Assembly (NCBI GenBank): GCA_002504905.1
Contig: DATY01000024.1
Location: 16,796-80,795 of the forward strand
Direction: 5' to 3'
Length of the DNA stretch: 64,000 bases
From: Euryarchaeota archaeon UBA605
GTDB lineage: Archaea > Thermoplasmatota > Poseidoniia > Poseidoniales > Thalassarchaeaceae
Position 1 is the first letter of the stretch; each line of letters begins with the position of its first letter. A program made the translations under genes and the position numbers. The notes under the pieces were generated by a model. It saw only the letters and a list, made by a program, of their open reading frames with translations, was not told the origin of the DNA and searched no databases. Positions 17,328 through 26,282 of the stretch are shown here, in pieces.

Positions 17328-18791
17328 ATGCCAGAATTGTCGGCAGCAGCTCATAAAATAGATATTAAAAAATTAGAGAAAGCACCATATGATCATACAG
17401 GAAAACATCCAGGAAATAAATACTTCAGTAATCTTTTGAGATTAATGATTAATGTGGGGAACTCAATTATATTCAGAAATTTTGATTCTGATAAAATACC
17501 TCCGAACAATGGCGGAAGAATTTCAATAGCTACTCATATTAATGGATTAGTCGATCCTAGTTTAATGATAATAACTCAGGAAAAAAGAATTATTTCTTTG
17601 GGACGTCATGACCTGATAACTGGCCCAGTCATCGGATGGTGGTCCAGGAGAAATGGAGCCCAACCAGTTCTTAGAAAAGCAGAAATTGAAGCTGGAGTGA
17701 GTGATGAAAACTTTGCCAGAAAAATAAATGATAGAAGTATGTTGACAGTTGCTAATTGTTTGGCCGGAGGTCATGGTGCAGTAATAATGCCAGAAGGTAA
17801 ATCTCACCAAGACTCTAAGCTTCATGCTTTGAGAACCGGTGCAGCAAGAGCAGCATTGGTATCAGCAGCAATCGCAAAAAAAAGAGGAAAACCTGCACCT
17901 GTTATACAACCAACAGGACTTCATTGGGAAAGACATTACTGGTTTAGGACTAAGAGCTACGTAGAATATACAGATCCAATTGATATAAAGTTAGTTTTTG
18001 ATGATGAACAGTCTTCACGATTAGCCGCTGGCGAATGGATTGAGCCACCAGCATCAGCAGTGAATGAACTGAAACAAGAAATGTATCAAAAGTTATCTCC
18101 TATAACACCTGAAGCACCTGATTGGGAAACATTCCATGCGTGGAAATTAATCGCTCATCTCAAAGCCAATCATGACAAAACTCCTCTAGAATCTCTTAAA
18201 CAAGAAGTACATTTTACAAGACGTATTAGAGAAGAAATTAATGAAACTGCAAAATTTAAAGAATTGATTCCCGATGCAATCAATGCTGCACAGATATTAG
18301 AATCACGTAATTTGGACCCTAATTCTTTAGATAAAAATAATCAATTAAAAACGACGAATTTTTCAGCAATAATTACAGGATTTATTGGTATATTATTAAT
18401 GCTAACATTTTCTATCCCTGTAATAATTGGATCTGGTATTCAGTCTATACTTGCTCGCTATATGGTGGAAATGAGTGATGAAGGCTTAGACGCAAGAACA
18501 ACATACTTTTTCTTGGCGGGTATGTTTTCTCCAGTAATTTTTTGGCCACTAATATCCCTTTTAGTGATTCTATTTTCAGAGATAAATATCTTCTCTTTAC
18601 AAGGATTAATGATTTTTATATTAACTATATTTGGATTTTATATTTCTTCTTTAATATTCTTATTCGGTTACGATCTTTGGACTAAGTACAGAAAAACAGT
18701 AGCAGTTAGTAAATTTTCTACATCCTCGGCCGGACAAGAATTCAATATTTTAATCGAAAAAATGAATATTCAATTAGCACTTCTCAAATAG
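17328..18791 (+). CDS. Lysophospholipid/glycerol-phosphate acyltransferase (PlsC/LPLAT superfamily) fused to a C-terminal multi-TM domain
   Basis: Acyltransferase block I is IATHINGLVDP (HxNxxxD variant). The block III-like motif is AVIMPEGKSHQD (PEG), followed by LRTGAARAAL. The C-terminal ~140 aa hold 3-4 TM segments (ITGFIGILLMLTFSIPVIIG, FFLAGMFSPVIFWPLISLLVILF, LMIFILTIFGFYISSLIFLFGY). The start is uncertain: ATG 17328, or GTG 17298 overlapping the HIT stop (GTGA). Confidence 0.7.
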   Translation: MPELSAAAHKIDIKKLEKAPYDHTGKHPGNKYFSNLLRLMINVGNSIIFRNFDSDKIPPNNGGRISIATHINGLVDPSLMIITQEKRIISLGRHDLITGPVIGWWSRRNGAQPVLRKAEIEAGVSDENFARKINDRSMLTVANCLAGGHGAVIMPEGKSHQDSKLHALRTGAARAALVSAAIAKKRGKPAPVIQPTGLHWERHYWFRTKSYVEYTDPIDIKLVFDDEQSSRLAAGEWIEPPASAVNELKQEMYQKLSPITPEAPDWETFHAWKLIAHLKANHDKTPLESLKQEVHFTRRIREEINETAKFKELIPDAINAAQILESRNLDPNSLDKNNQLKTTNFSAIITGFIGILLMLTFSIPVIIGSGIQSILARYMVEMSDEGLDARTTYFFLAGMFSPVIFWPLISLLVILFSEINIFSLQGLMIFILTIFGFYISSLIFLFGYDLWTKYRKTVAVSKFSTSSAGQEFNILIEKMNIQLALLK

Positions 18792-18811
18792 GTTGACTGT
18801 AAACACTACTT

Positions 18812-19441
18812 ATGGACGCAACCGCGGCAGCTGATGAGATTCGAAAATGGCTTACCAGTGAAAAATTGGAAACACGCGAAGTTCAAGATAATCAGAACTT
18901 CCTTCATCTCCACGTCCGATACCCTCCAACTAAAGCAGCCCATTTATTCAATGTTGTAATCCCTAAGAATAGGAATTTAGTCCTAATTTATTCTATAACT
19001 AGGGTTGATGAAGGCCAACAATTAGAAATGAAAAACCATTATTTAGATGATCAACTTGGATGGAAAACATGGCTCCACGAGACTAGAATACTTTTGACAC
19101 AAGCAAATTTAGATTGGGTGCTCCATATAGGCAAAAAGGACGAAAATGAGCTTGGCCCTCTTCAAGCATTCAACCTCTCTCGACCAATCTGGTTTGATGG
19201 ATTAACACAAAATGAGTTTATGCATACAATGAGAAAAGTATGGTTAACAAAATTATCTTTAATTCACAAAATAAAGTTTGGATATGGTCCCGGGACTGGT
19301 AAACCCGGACCAGTCGACGACTGGCCGAAGAAGTCGAAAAAAAATCCACGAGAAAAAAAATCAAAACATGAAAAGATGGACATAAATTTTGATGAAACAG
19401 GTGGTTTTGGCCGTAGTTTCGATAGAGACGAATGGGCATAA
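18812..19441 (+). CDS. Hypothetical protein with a lysine-rich C-terminal tail
   Basis: 209-aa ORF with clean coding potential. The tail reads PKKSKKNPREKKSKHEK. No family confidently recognised. Confidence 0.55.
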   Translation: MDATAAADEIRKWLTSEKLETREVQDNQNFLHLHVRYPPTKAAHLFNVVIPKNRNLVLIYSITRVDEGQQLEMKNHYLDDQLGWKTWLHETRILLTQANLDWVLHIGKKDENELGPLQAFNLSRPIWFDGLTQNEFMHTMRKVWLTKLSLIHKIKFGYGPGTGKPGPVDDWPKKSKKNPREKKSKHEKMDINFDETGGFGRSFDRDEWA

Positions 19442-19444
19442 TAC

Positions 19445-19471
19445 TTTTTTTCAAAATGACCCGTAAGGGTC
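19445..19471 (+). terminator. Oligo-T tract plus GNRA-capped hairpin downstream of the 18812-19441 gene
   Basis: A T7 run at 19445-19451 begins 4 nt after the TAA stop, which is the archaeal oligo-T terminator style. It is followed by GACCC-GTAA-GGGTC (19458-19471), a 5-bp stem with a GTAA tetraloop. Confidence 0.4.
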
Positions 19472-19519
19472 GAGGTTAAGTATGGAGAATGTTCGAATTG
19501 CTCTGTTGCAGCACATGCT

Positions 19520-19526
19520 GAGGTGA
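19520..19526 (+). promoter_or_regulatory. Shine-Dalgarno-like site for the 1690-aa surface protein
   Basis: GAGGTGA lies 4 nt upstream of the ATG at 19531. It is complementary to the conserved archaeal 16S 3' tail (..GAUCACCUCC). Confidence 0.5.
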
Positions 19527-19530
19527 GTCT

Positions 19531-22500
19531 ATGGATAGAAATAAGATGAGAAGTAGCGTAATTATGGTTACATTAATGGTAATGGGAGTATTTGTTTCAA
19601 TGGTAACTCCGCAAGTAACGGCCAGTGAAGTAGTACTAACTGAAGCGGTTCAAATTGTGAACGGAGGAAGCCAAAACGATAGAATGGTGGCTTTGGATTC
19701 AGACTCAGAAGGAAATGTTCATTTTGTATGGAGTAGAAATACTCAGCACCTATATTACAAGCTAGTCGATGCTAGAGGCGAGACTTTAATTGATGAGACT
19801 CAAATTTCTAATGCTGGACAAAGTAGAGCCTGGCATCCAGACATTGCAATAGATGATAATGACAGAGCACATATTGTTTGGGCCGATAGAACTGGAAATT
19901 GGGCAATTAAATATACAGTCGTAGATCCTTCTCAAGATGATCTTGACGGTGGAGTAGCAATTGATGCCTCAATTTCAGTAATTGACGATTTCGAAGTCTC
20001 TCGTCATACTCAGAATAGAGATTGGCCGGCTATCGATGTGGACTCTCACTCCAACGCTCATATTGTCTGGGAAGATTCATATGAACCACTAGACAAGTAT
20101 TACCAACAACCTCAAATTTACTACGCAATGATTGAGGCTGACGTGGTAGCAAGAACAGCAATCGTAGCAGTCGATGAAACCCTACTTACTCCAATTATTG
20201 GTCACAAAGGTCACCCTGATGTAGCTGTAGATTTGGACGATTTTGTCCAAGTAGTTTGGGATGACACACGCGGTGGAAAAGTAGAGATGGTTGTTCCCAT
20301 TGATACATCTGGTTCAATGAATGCAGAATGGGCTGATATGTGTGCGGTTTTCTATGGTGGTTCTTTCGCTAGTGGATATAACTTTGAAGGATTAAAACCA
20401 ATGTTAGAAAGGGCAAATATGACAGTTTATGAAACACTGTATGCCTTGAGTGGAAATTGGCCTTCTGCAGCGACTAGTGGTAATTGTGCTACTGCATATG
20501 CAACCGGAGGTAGTGGAAACCAAGGTCCGCGCACAACTTCCTTAGGGCTTCAACCGAATGATGATTCTGGTGGAATTAGAGAATTGACAGAGGTAGTTTA
20601 TGCCAATGGAGCAATTGATTTACCACAGGATGGAGGATACTACAGTGAGTTTTGGGGGCCAGCCTCAACATGGGCTTGCATGTCATGGCATGATAACCAA
20701 GGAAATGTACCAGGAAATCCTCCCACAGTTCTCGATCACAAATGGAACCCGAATGCAACTAAGATTGTAATTCCTATTTCCGATGAAGGTCCCTATGGTG
20801 GAGACCCCGCTACAGATGCAGATGATACTCAATCAATCCTTGAAGCACATAATGCATGCGTTACAGCAGGAATTATCCCAATCCCTCTTTTAGCAGCAGG
20901 ATTCGGTAGCGGATCCACAGACGTAGGATCTCATATGATGGATTTGGCCCAATGTCCCAATGGATTTACGAGCCTTAACGCTAGAACATGTAATGGTGCA
21001 ACACTGGCATTAACCAATGCTGAAGGAATGATGTATAGCTTCCCTACAGGTGCAGCTAACCAAGCAGAGATGCAATTGATGGTCGAAGCATTGGTATACT
21101 TATCAACAAACAATTCTAGAGAAATTTTCTTGACGGTCTTAGATCCACTAACACTTCTTGAATCTCCTTGGCCTGGTTGGCAAAAAGGGGACTCTGGAAC
21201 TTATGTTGACCAAACAGCAGATAGATATATCGAAGATTTAGGTGCATCTCCTGACGCGCTTGGATATGGGCATTTAGTTGTAGTGAATGATACCAGAGTA
21301 ACACTTAATGACGCATATAGTTTACATCCAGCAATTGCAATAGATAATTCAGGAAACACTCATGTTACTTGGATGGATGGAAGAGCATATGGATTTGATA
21401 TTGATGTAAATTACGAGGTTTATTATACACGTTTACGTTTAAGTTCTGCAGGAGCATGGGATGGAGTTAGCGAAGGATTACCCTCGTACGCAATTAAGCA
21501 AATTTCTGATGCTGCAATTTCTAATGTTGAAGGTTACGAAGGATTAGCTCCTGATCGTCCATTTGGAGCAAATTCTCACATGCCATCAATTTTAACAGAC
21601 TCATTCGATAATGTCCATTTAACTTGGTTAGATAATTACAATGGTTCTCAAGGTGAGACTTTGATGTACACTCGCCTCAATCATACAAACAATGATTATC
21701 CAACAGGTTTCCCTTTGAATTCTATTGCATCATCGATATTCGACCCTTGGGAATTACTTCCAATCACTGAATGGCAATCAGATAAATTAGGCCCTAATTC
21801 GCCAGCACTTCCTGAGTTAGGACAGCCTCCCGCTTTCGCAAATGACATGGGGAGTGGAGCCCACGTAGGATGGTCTGATACGAACAAATGTAATGATGAG
21901 AATAACGGTGGAGTGTACACATTATGTTATGTCCACATTCTTACAGGTTTAGTTGACGTTTCTTTAGCTGAAGATGAAACTTTCTATCACACTATAGAAC
22001 CCAGCGAGCAGACTACTTACAATATGTCCATATCTAATCCAACACCCGGCCCTGCAGACTTAGTTTCGGATATCTTTTCTTTAGCTGTAGAAGGTGTTCC
22101 AACTAACTGGAGTGCCAGCATATTCTTTGCTAGTAACCATACGCCTATTTTTGATTCTACCCCTGTATCTTTGCAGGGTGGAGAAAGTCTCAATTTGTAC
22201 ATGAGAGTTAGGGCGCCTACAATTTATCAAGCGCATCATGATGAGTTGGCAACTATAAAGGTCACAGCAGTATCTTACAAAGATCCTGCCATTAGAGATG
22301 AAGCAATTACTCTTACTTTGATGGATGTAGTCCATGGAATTGAGTTAGACACGAGTCATTTCCAAGCAGATGTAGAGCAAGGACAGCAGGCAACGTTTTC
22401 GATATCGATAACGAATACAGGAAACGTGTATGACACGTTTGCGTTTTATGACCCAACAACTCTTGAAGGACAAACCGAATGGGCTTTACCTTTCGGTTGG

Positions 22501-24603
22501 GGCGTAACTTTCCCTACTTCTCTATCTTTAGATCCAGGTCAATCAATGACTAGGAATTTACAAATTGATGTCCCTACTTCTCAAGAACCTGGGACATTTG
22601 TAATCTACTTGAAGGGATGGTCGACGGGTGAACCAGTATTGTCTGTAGACAAAGGAACGTTTGATATCCTAGAATTATGGGTTAATGTATCTATCAAGAG
22701 TACAGGAAATATTGTATTTGAACTAGGTGAGACTACGAAACACGTTTTACCTGGAGAATGTTCAGAATTTGAAATTGAAGTTACGAAGAACTTCACACCG
22801 GGGCATTTAGTGTTTACAACACCGGGAGGTCCCGATGAAAAACCAGAAGGAGTTTCAGAGCAAACTTGGCGATTCGACCACTGGACAGTAAATCTTGATT
22901 TCTCAGAAGCTCCGGGAGGAAATAGTATACCTCAAGAAACTCCGCGTTATTGGACAGTAGATACGCCTAGAACAGTTACTGCAGAAATGTGTGCACCATT
23001 TAATGCGACAGCAGGAATTGGCGATTCTGTAACTGTCAAAGCTTCTTTGGATGGAGCTCCTAAAGTCAGAGATTCGGTAGTCCTTGTAACTAATGTAATA
23101 CAAAGATATGATCTAGAAGCAAGTACTGAGACCATTCTCTCACTATATCCTGGACAAGAGTTCCAACTTGACACGATAATTGAGAACACAGGGAATGGGG
23201 CCGATCGCTATGACATGGCAGTAGGCTCTATTACCGATCAGAATGGGAACTCTGATGTTTGGGACATAGTAATCCCTAGGATTCTTTTCCAAGAACTAGA
23301 TAGAGACGAATCTCAGCAAATCCCAATAATGATAAATGTTCCAGAAGAGACATTAGCTGGACAATATACTATAGTAATAGAAATATTCAGTGAAGAATCC
23401 TTTGAAGGAACTAAACTTAGAGATTTAGTCACATTACAGGTAGAAGTGATTGAATTCCATGATATGAGAATCACCGTTGATCCAACCGTTGAAAGTAGAA
23501 TAAAAACCACTGCGCCAGGCAGGGTAGTCAGATTTACAATGAATGTAACTAACTTTGGCAATGTTGCAGATCAACCTACTGTGCATAATCATACAGTAGC
23601 TGCTACAGGATGGGATTCGAGCCCGGGTTTGAACTCTCTAAGCGATTGGAGAATTGATTATGCGCTGTTAGAAGGATTTGGTTCAGAATACCCAATTGAA
23701 AGACCTTGTGTGGTTTTGATGCAGGGAGATCCCATACCAAATGATGGTTGTTACAAGGATTCTAAAGGGCGAATCACCCTTCCGATTATGCCTTCATACA
23801 CTACATTACAGTTAGTAGCAATAGTTACGATAGACCCCACAGCGGCCCTAGCAGATAGAGAAATAGGAATCAAGTTAAAATCAAGCTTTGGAGATTCATT
23901 AGCAGGGGGAGATTTCGATGAAACAGCAATTTGGGATGACTCTTGTACTATTGATATGAATGGCGATGGTTTCCCAGATAATTACAGGCCTAATTGTGAC
24001 ACCAATGAACAAGTCCTAGAACTAAGACTTAGAGCACCTGATTTACAGATTAAGGACGTATCCGTTGGAAAGAAGAAAGGAAATATTGGAGATATGCTTT
24101 CAGTGACTGTTCAGATAATTAATGACGGTAACTCCCATGCAACAGACGTGAATGTAATTTTATGTGTAGACCAAACCGAGAGCTCAATAAAGAAAAATGG
24201 TTGTCACGAAGAAAACGTAGCATATAGACAATTAATCGAAGCTATAATGCCAACAACATCTGATGAGGATACACCAATGATCACTCTTCTTTACTTAGTA
24301 GAGGCAGGAAATCATGAGGTAGTAGTTGTGGTAGATCCTGAAAATATCATTGTCGAAACTGATGAGAAAAATAATTTTGCTAAAGTTCCAGGAACAATGG
24401 GATCAAATAATGGAATTCTGGATGTAGGTGTTGAAATAGTAGCCAGATACTCTGTTCCAGCTATAATTCTTGGAGCAACATTTGCATTAATTGCAGTTGC
24501 AGGCGTAGTAATGTACGGCAGAAGAATGGAGGCTTTAGATAGATTTGCAGAAAAAAGCAGTATGATGGCAAATCTTGATGATAACTCAGATACACAATTT
24601 TGA
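19531..24603 (+). CDS. Giant secreted, C-terminally membrane-anchored surface protein: propeller-like repeats + vWA/MIDAS-like insert + beta-sandwich stalk + CARDB-like domain
   Basis: Signal/anchor segment SSVIMVTLMVMGVFVSMVTPQVTA. There are seven HP.[IV]A[IV]D...H[IV][VT]W.D repeats. The MIDAS-like motif is VVPIDTSGSMN, followed later by KIVIPISDEG. The CARDB-like block is DVSVGKKKGNIGDMLSVTVQIINDGNSHATDVNVIL. The C-terminal TM segment is PAIILGATFALIAVAGVVMYG, followed by a short tail. Confidence 0.85.
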   Translation: MDRNKMRSSVIMVTLMVMGVFVSMVTPQVTASEVVLTEAVQIVNGGSQNDRMVALDSDSEGNVHFVWSRNTQHLYYKLVDARGETLIDETQISNAGQSRAWHPDIAIDDNDRAHIVWADRTGNWAIKYTVVDPSQDDLDGGVAIDASISVIDDFEVSRHTQNRDWPAIDVDSHSNAHIVWEDSYEPLDKYYQQPQIYYAMIEADVVARTAIVAVDETLLTPIIGHKGHPDVAVDLDDFVQVVWDDTRGGKVEMVVPIDTSGSMNAEWADMCAVFYGGSFASGYNFEGLKPMLERANMTVYETLYALSGNWPSAATSGNCATAYATGGSGNQGPRTTSLGLQPNDDSGGIRELTEVVYANGAIDLPQDGGYYSEFWGPASTWACMSWHDNQGNVPGNPPTVLDHKWNPNATKIVIPISDEGPYGGDPATDADDTQSILEAHNACVTAGIIPIPLLAAGFGSGSTDVGSHMMDLAQCPNGFTSLNARTCNGATLALTNAEGMMYSFPTGAANQAEMQLMVEALVYLSTNNSREIFLTVLDPLTLLESPWPGWQKGDSGTYVDQTADRYIEDLGASPDALGYGHLVVVNDTRVTLNDAYSLHPAIAIDNSGNTHVTWMDGRAYGFDIDVNYEVYYTRLRLSSAGAWDGVSEGLPSYAIKQISDAAISNVEGYEGLAPDRPFGANSHMPSILTDSFDNVHLTWLDNYNGSQGETLMYTRLNHTNNDYPTGFPLNSIASSIFDPWELLPITEWQSDKLGPNSPALPELGQPPAFANDMGSGAHVGWSDTNKCNDENNGGVYTLCYVHILTGLVDVSLAEDETFYHTIEPSEQTTYNMSISNPTPGPADLVSDIFSLAVEGVPTNWSASIFFASNHTPIFDSTPVSLQGGESLNLYMRVRAPTIYQAHHDELATIKVTAVSYKDPAIRDEAITLTLMDVVHGIELDTSHFQADVEQGQQATFSISITNTGNVYDTFAFYDPTTLEGQTEWALPFGWGVTFPTSLSLDPGQSMTRNLQIDVPTSQEPGTFVIYLKGWSTGEPVLSVDKGTFDILELWVNVSIKSTGNIVFELGETTKHVLPGECSEFEIEVTKNFTPGHLVFTTPGGPDEKPEGVSEQTWRFDHWTVNLDFSEAPGGNSIPQETPRYWTVDTPRTVTAEMCAPFNATAGIGDSVTVKASLDGAPKVRDSVVLVTNVIQRYDLEASTETILSLYPGQEFQLDTIIENTGNGADRYDMAVGSITDQNGNSDVWDIVIPRILFQELDRDESQQIPIMINVPEETLAGQYTIVIEIFSEESFEGTKLRDLVTLQVEVIEFHDMRITVDPTVESRIKTTAPGRVVRFTMNVTNFGNVADQPTVHNHTVAATGWDSSPGLNSLSDWRIDYALLEGFGSEYPIERPCVVLMQGDPIPNDGCYKDSKGRITLPIMPSYTTLQLVAIVTIDPTAALADREIGIKLKSSFGDSLAGGDFDETAIWDDSCTIDMNGDGFPDNYRPNCDTNEQVLELRLRAPDLQIKDVSVGKKKGNIGDMLSVTVQIINDGNSHATDVNVILCVDQTESSIKKNGCHEENVAYRQLIEAIMPTTSDEDTPMITLLYLVEAGNHEVVVVVDPENIIVETDEKNNFAKVPGTMGSNNGILDVGVEIVARYSVPAIILGATFALIAVAGVVMYGRRMEALDRFAEKSSMMANLDDNSDTQF

Positions 24604-24623
24604 GTACTATTGATTACCATTTA

Positions 24624-25358
24624 TTACTTGATTAGCCACCAAGGAAGAGGGGTATCCTTGTTTGCAGAAACGAAATTATCATTGTTTATTACGAAGTCTT
24701 TCATTAACCGATCTCGTATATTTTCCATGATATCTTCAGCCTGAGATTCTTGAATTCTTAGATTTTGTGAAAATATATCTAAATCTAAAGGTCTTCTAGG
24801 CTGAGTCATCATTTCTCTAGCCATAATCCTCTCTTCATATGACTCAGCATTTTCTATTACTTCTTTTGACGTTTTCATCATTATTTGCTGATGAAGGGCA
24901 ATAATTGCATCTCTCTGTTGGTCTATTTTTTCAAGAGAGGTATCTAATTCAGATAAAATATTCATTGCTTCAGACATTGATAATTCTCTTCTCGTTCCTA
25001 AACTGTCAATTATAGAATCTAGTTCTTTAGGCAATTTATTTGATAATCTCATAGGGCCACCAGCAGGAATTGTTCGGTGTTCTGCTCTAAATAATTCTGG
25101 GCCTAAGTCTAATCTTAGTGAAAATGATTGGTTCACTTTATACATTTTTTTCGGTGGGCCGCCTTTCTCAGAAGGAACAATTTCAGCTTCAATAAATCCA
25201 GCTTTTTCTAGGACTTTAATGTGCTTCATCACCGCTTGTTGACTGATATCTAGTAACTCAGAGAGTTGCAATGGATAATGAGGCTCTCTCACCAAGTGTT
25301 GTAAAATACTCCTTCTAGCCCTATTTTCTAGAATTGTCATAGCCTCATTAAAGTCCAT
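24624..25358 (-). CDS. Winged-helix (ArsR-like) DNA-binding protein with a long C-terminal helical/coiled-coil region
   Basis: wHTH region RRSILQHLVREPHYPLQLSELLDISQQAVMKHIKVLEKAGFIE, with a helical C-terminal half. ATG at 25358 (MDFNEAM...); the track uses an upstream TTG at 25370. Confidence 0.8.
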   Translation of the reverse strand: MDFNEAMTILENRARRSILQHLVREPHYPLQLSELLDISQQAVMKHIKVLEKAGFIEAEIVPSEKGGPPKKMYKVNQSFSLRLDLGPELFRAEHRTIPAGGPMRLSNKLPKELDSIIDSLGTRRELSMSEAMNILSELDTSLEKIDQQRDAIIALHQQIMMKTSKEVIENAESYEERIMAREMMTQPRRPLDLDIFSQNLRIQESQAEDIMENIRDRLMKDFVINNDNFVSANKDTPLPWWLIK

Positions 25359-25442
25359 GTTACTTACCAACCTGAAGTTGGGTAGTTAGGGGGTATCTAA
25401 AAACCCATTTAATGATAAGAAATTAAAAAATAGATTTTTTTT

Positions 25443-26243
25443 CTAATCACCATCATCCCAATTTTTCCATTTTCCATCATTTTCTTGGAAAGTTTCATCT
25501 TCCTTGACTTCATCATGAATCTCGAGATTTTCTTCTGAAATATCATCGTCCAATGGGAGTGTCTCAATAGTTTCTATCCTGCTTAAATCAACAAAAGGAG
25601 ACGGAATTTCATCATCGGCTGTCGAATTGTACTGTTTAAACAACTGATCTGTAGTCGGAATCTCTTCTCTAATAATCATTTTTTGTTGTGGTTTATTCTT
25701 TCTTTTCCAGATTACCAGTCCGCCGATTAATGCAATCATTCCTAGTGGGAAACCAAAGCAACAACTAACCATTGATATTATTATCATATTATCTGAAATT
25801 AAGCTAGATTGTATCTTTAAATCATCTAAAATCCATAGTGTATTATTTCCTTCATTTATTAACTGATATTCTGCATTATTTGGAACATCAAAAATCAATA
25901 TAGGTACGTAAACCAATTCACCATTTGAATTTGGTCTTTTATTCATTTTTTCTATTGAATTTGGTACTATACCAATAATTTCCTGCCCCTCTTGATCGAT
26001 TAATTTAATTTCATTTTCTAGTAATTCATTATCTTCTAATGCAACAACGGTGTAAAATCCAATCTTCTTTAATTCTATATTTTCTTCTTCTCCACCATCC
26101 AACTCTAGTAAATTATTTTCTTCAACATTCATTTTTTCAATAATTCTATCTGTAGATTCTCCATAAGTTCCTACAAAAACTAAAATTAAAACTATAGAAA
26201 GTCCGGTTAAGCGCTTAATCCAGACTCTGGCGCCCCCCTTCAT
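25443..26243 (-). CDS. Bitopic/dual-TM membrane protein with an acidic C-terminal tail
   Basis: N-terminal anchor LTGLSIVLILVFVGTYG, a second TM region IIISMVSCCFGFPLGMIALIGGLVIW, and an acidic tail DDDISEENLEIHDEVKEDE. It lies immediately downstream of top6A on the same strand. ATG at 26243; the track's TTG at 26282 abuts the top6A stop. Confidence 0.5.
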   Translation of the reverse strand: MKGGARVWIKRLTGLSIVLILVFVGTYGESTDRIIEKMNVEENNLLELDGGEEENIELKKIGFYTVVALEDNELLENEIKLIDQEGQEIIGIVPNSIEKMNKRPNSNGELVYVPILIFDVPNNAEYQLINEGNNTLWILDDLKIQSSLISDNMIIISMVSCCFGFPLGMIALIGGLVIWKRKNKPQQKMIIREEIPTTDQLFKQYNSTADDEIPSPFVDLSRIETIETLPLDDDISEENLEIHDEVKEDETFQENDGKWKNWDDGD

Positions 26244-26282
26244 AGTTAGTAGCCAGTAGCGTCCCCATTTCAGATTTGGCAA

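Noticed and set aside
20576-24620. Numerous 60-100-aa minus-strand ORFs inside the 1690-aa gene (e.g. 22081-22335, 22947-23189, 24312-24620).
   Set aside because: All are nested antisense within one uninterrupted 5-kb reading frame with coherent domain content.
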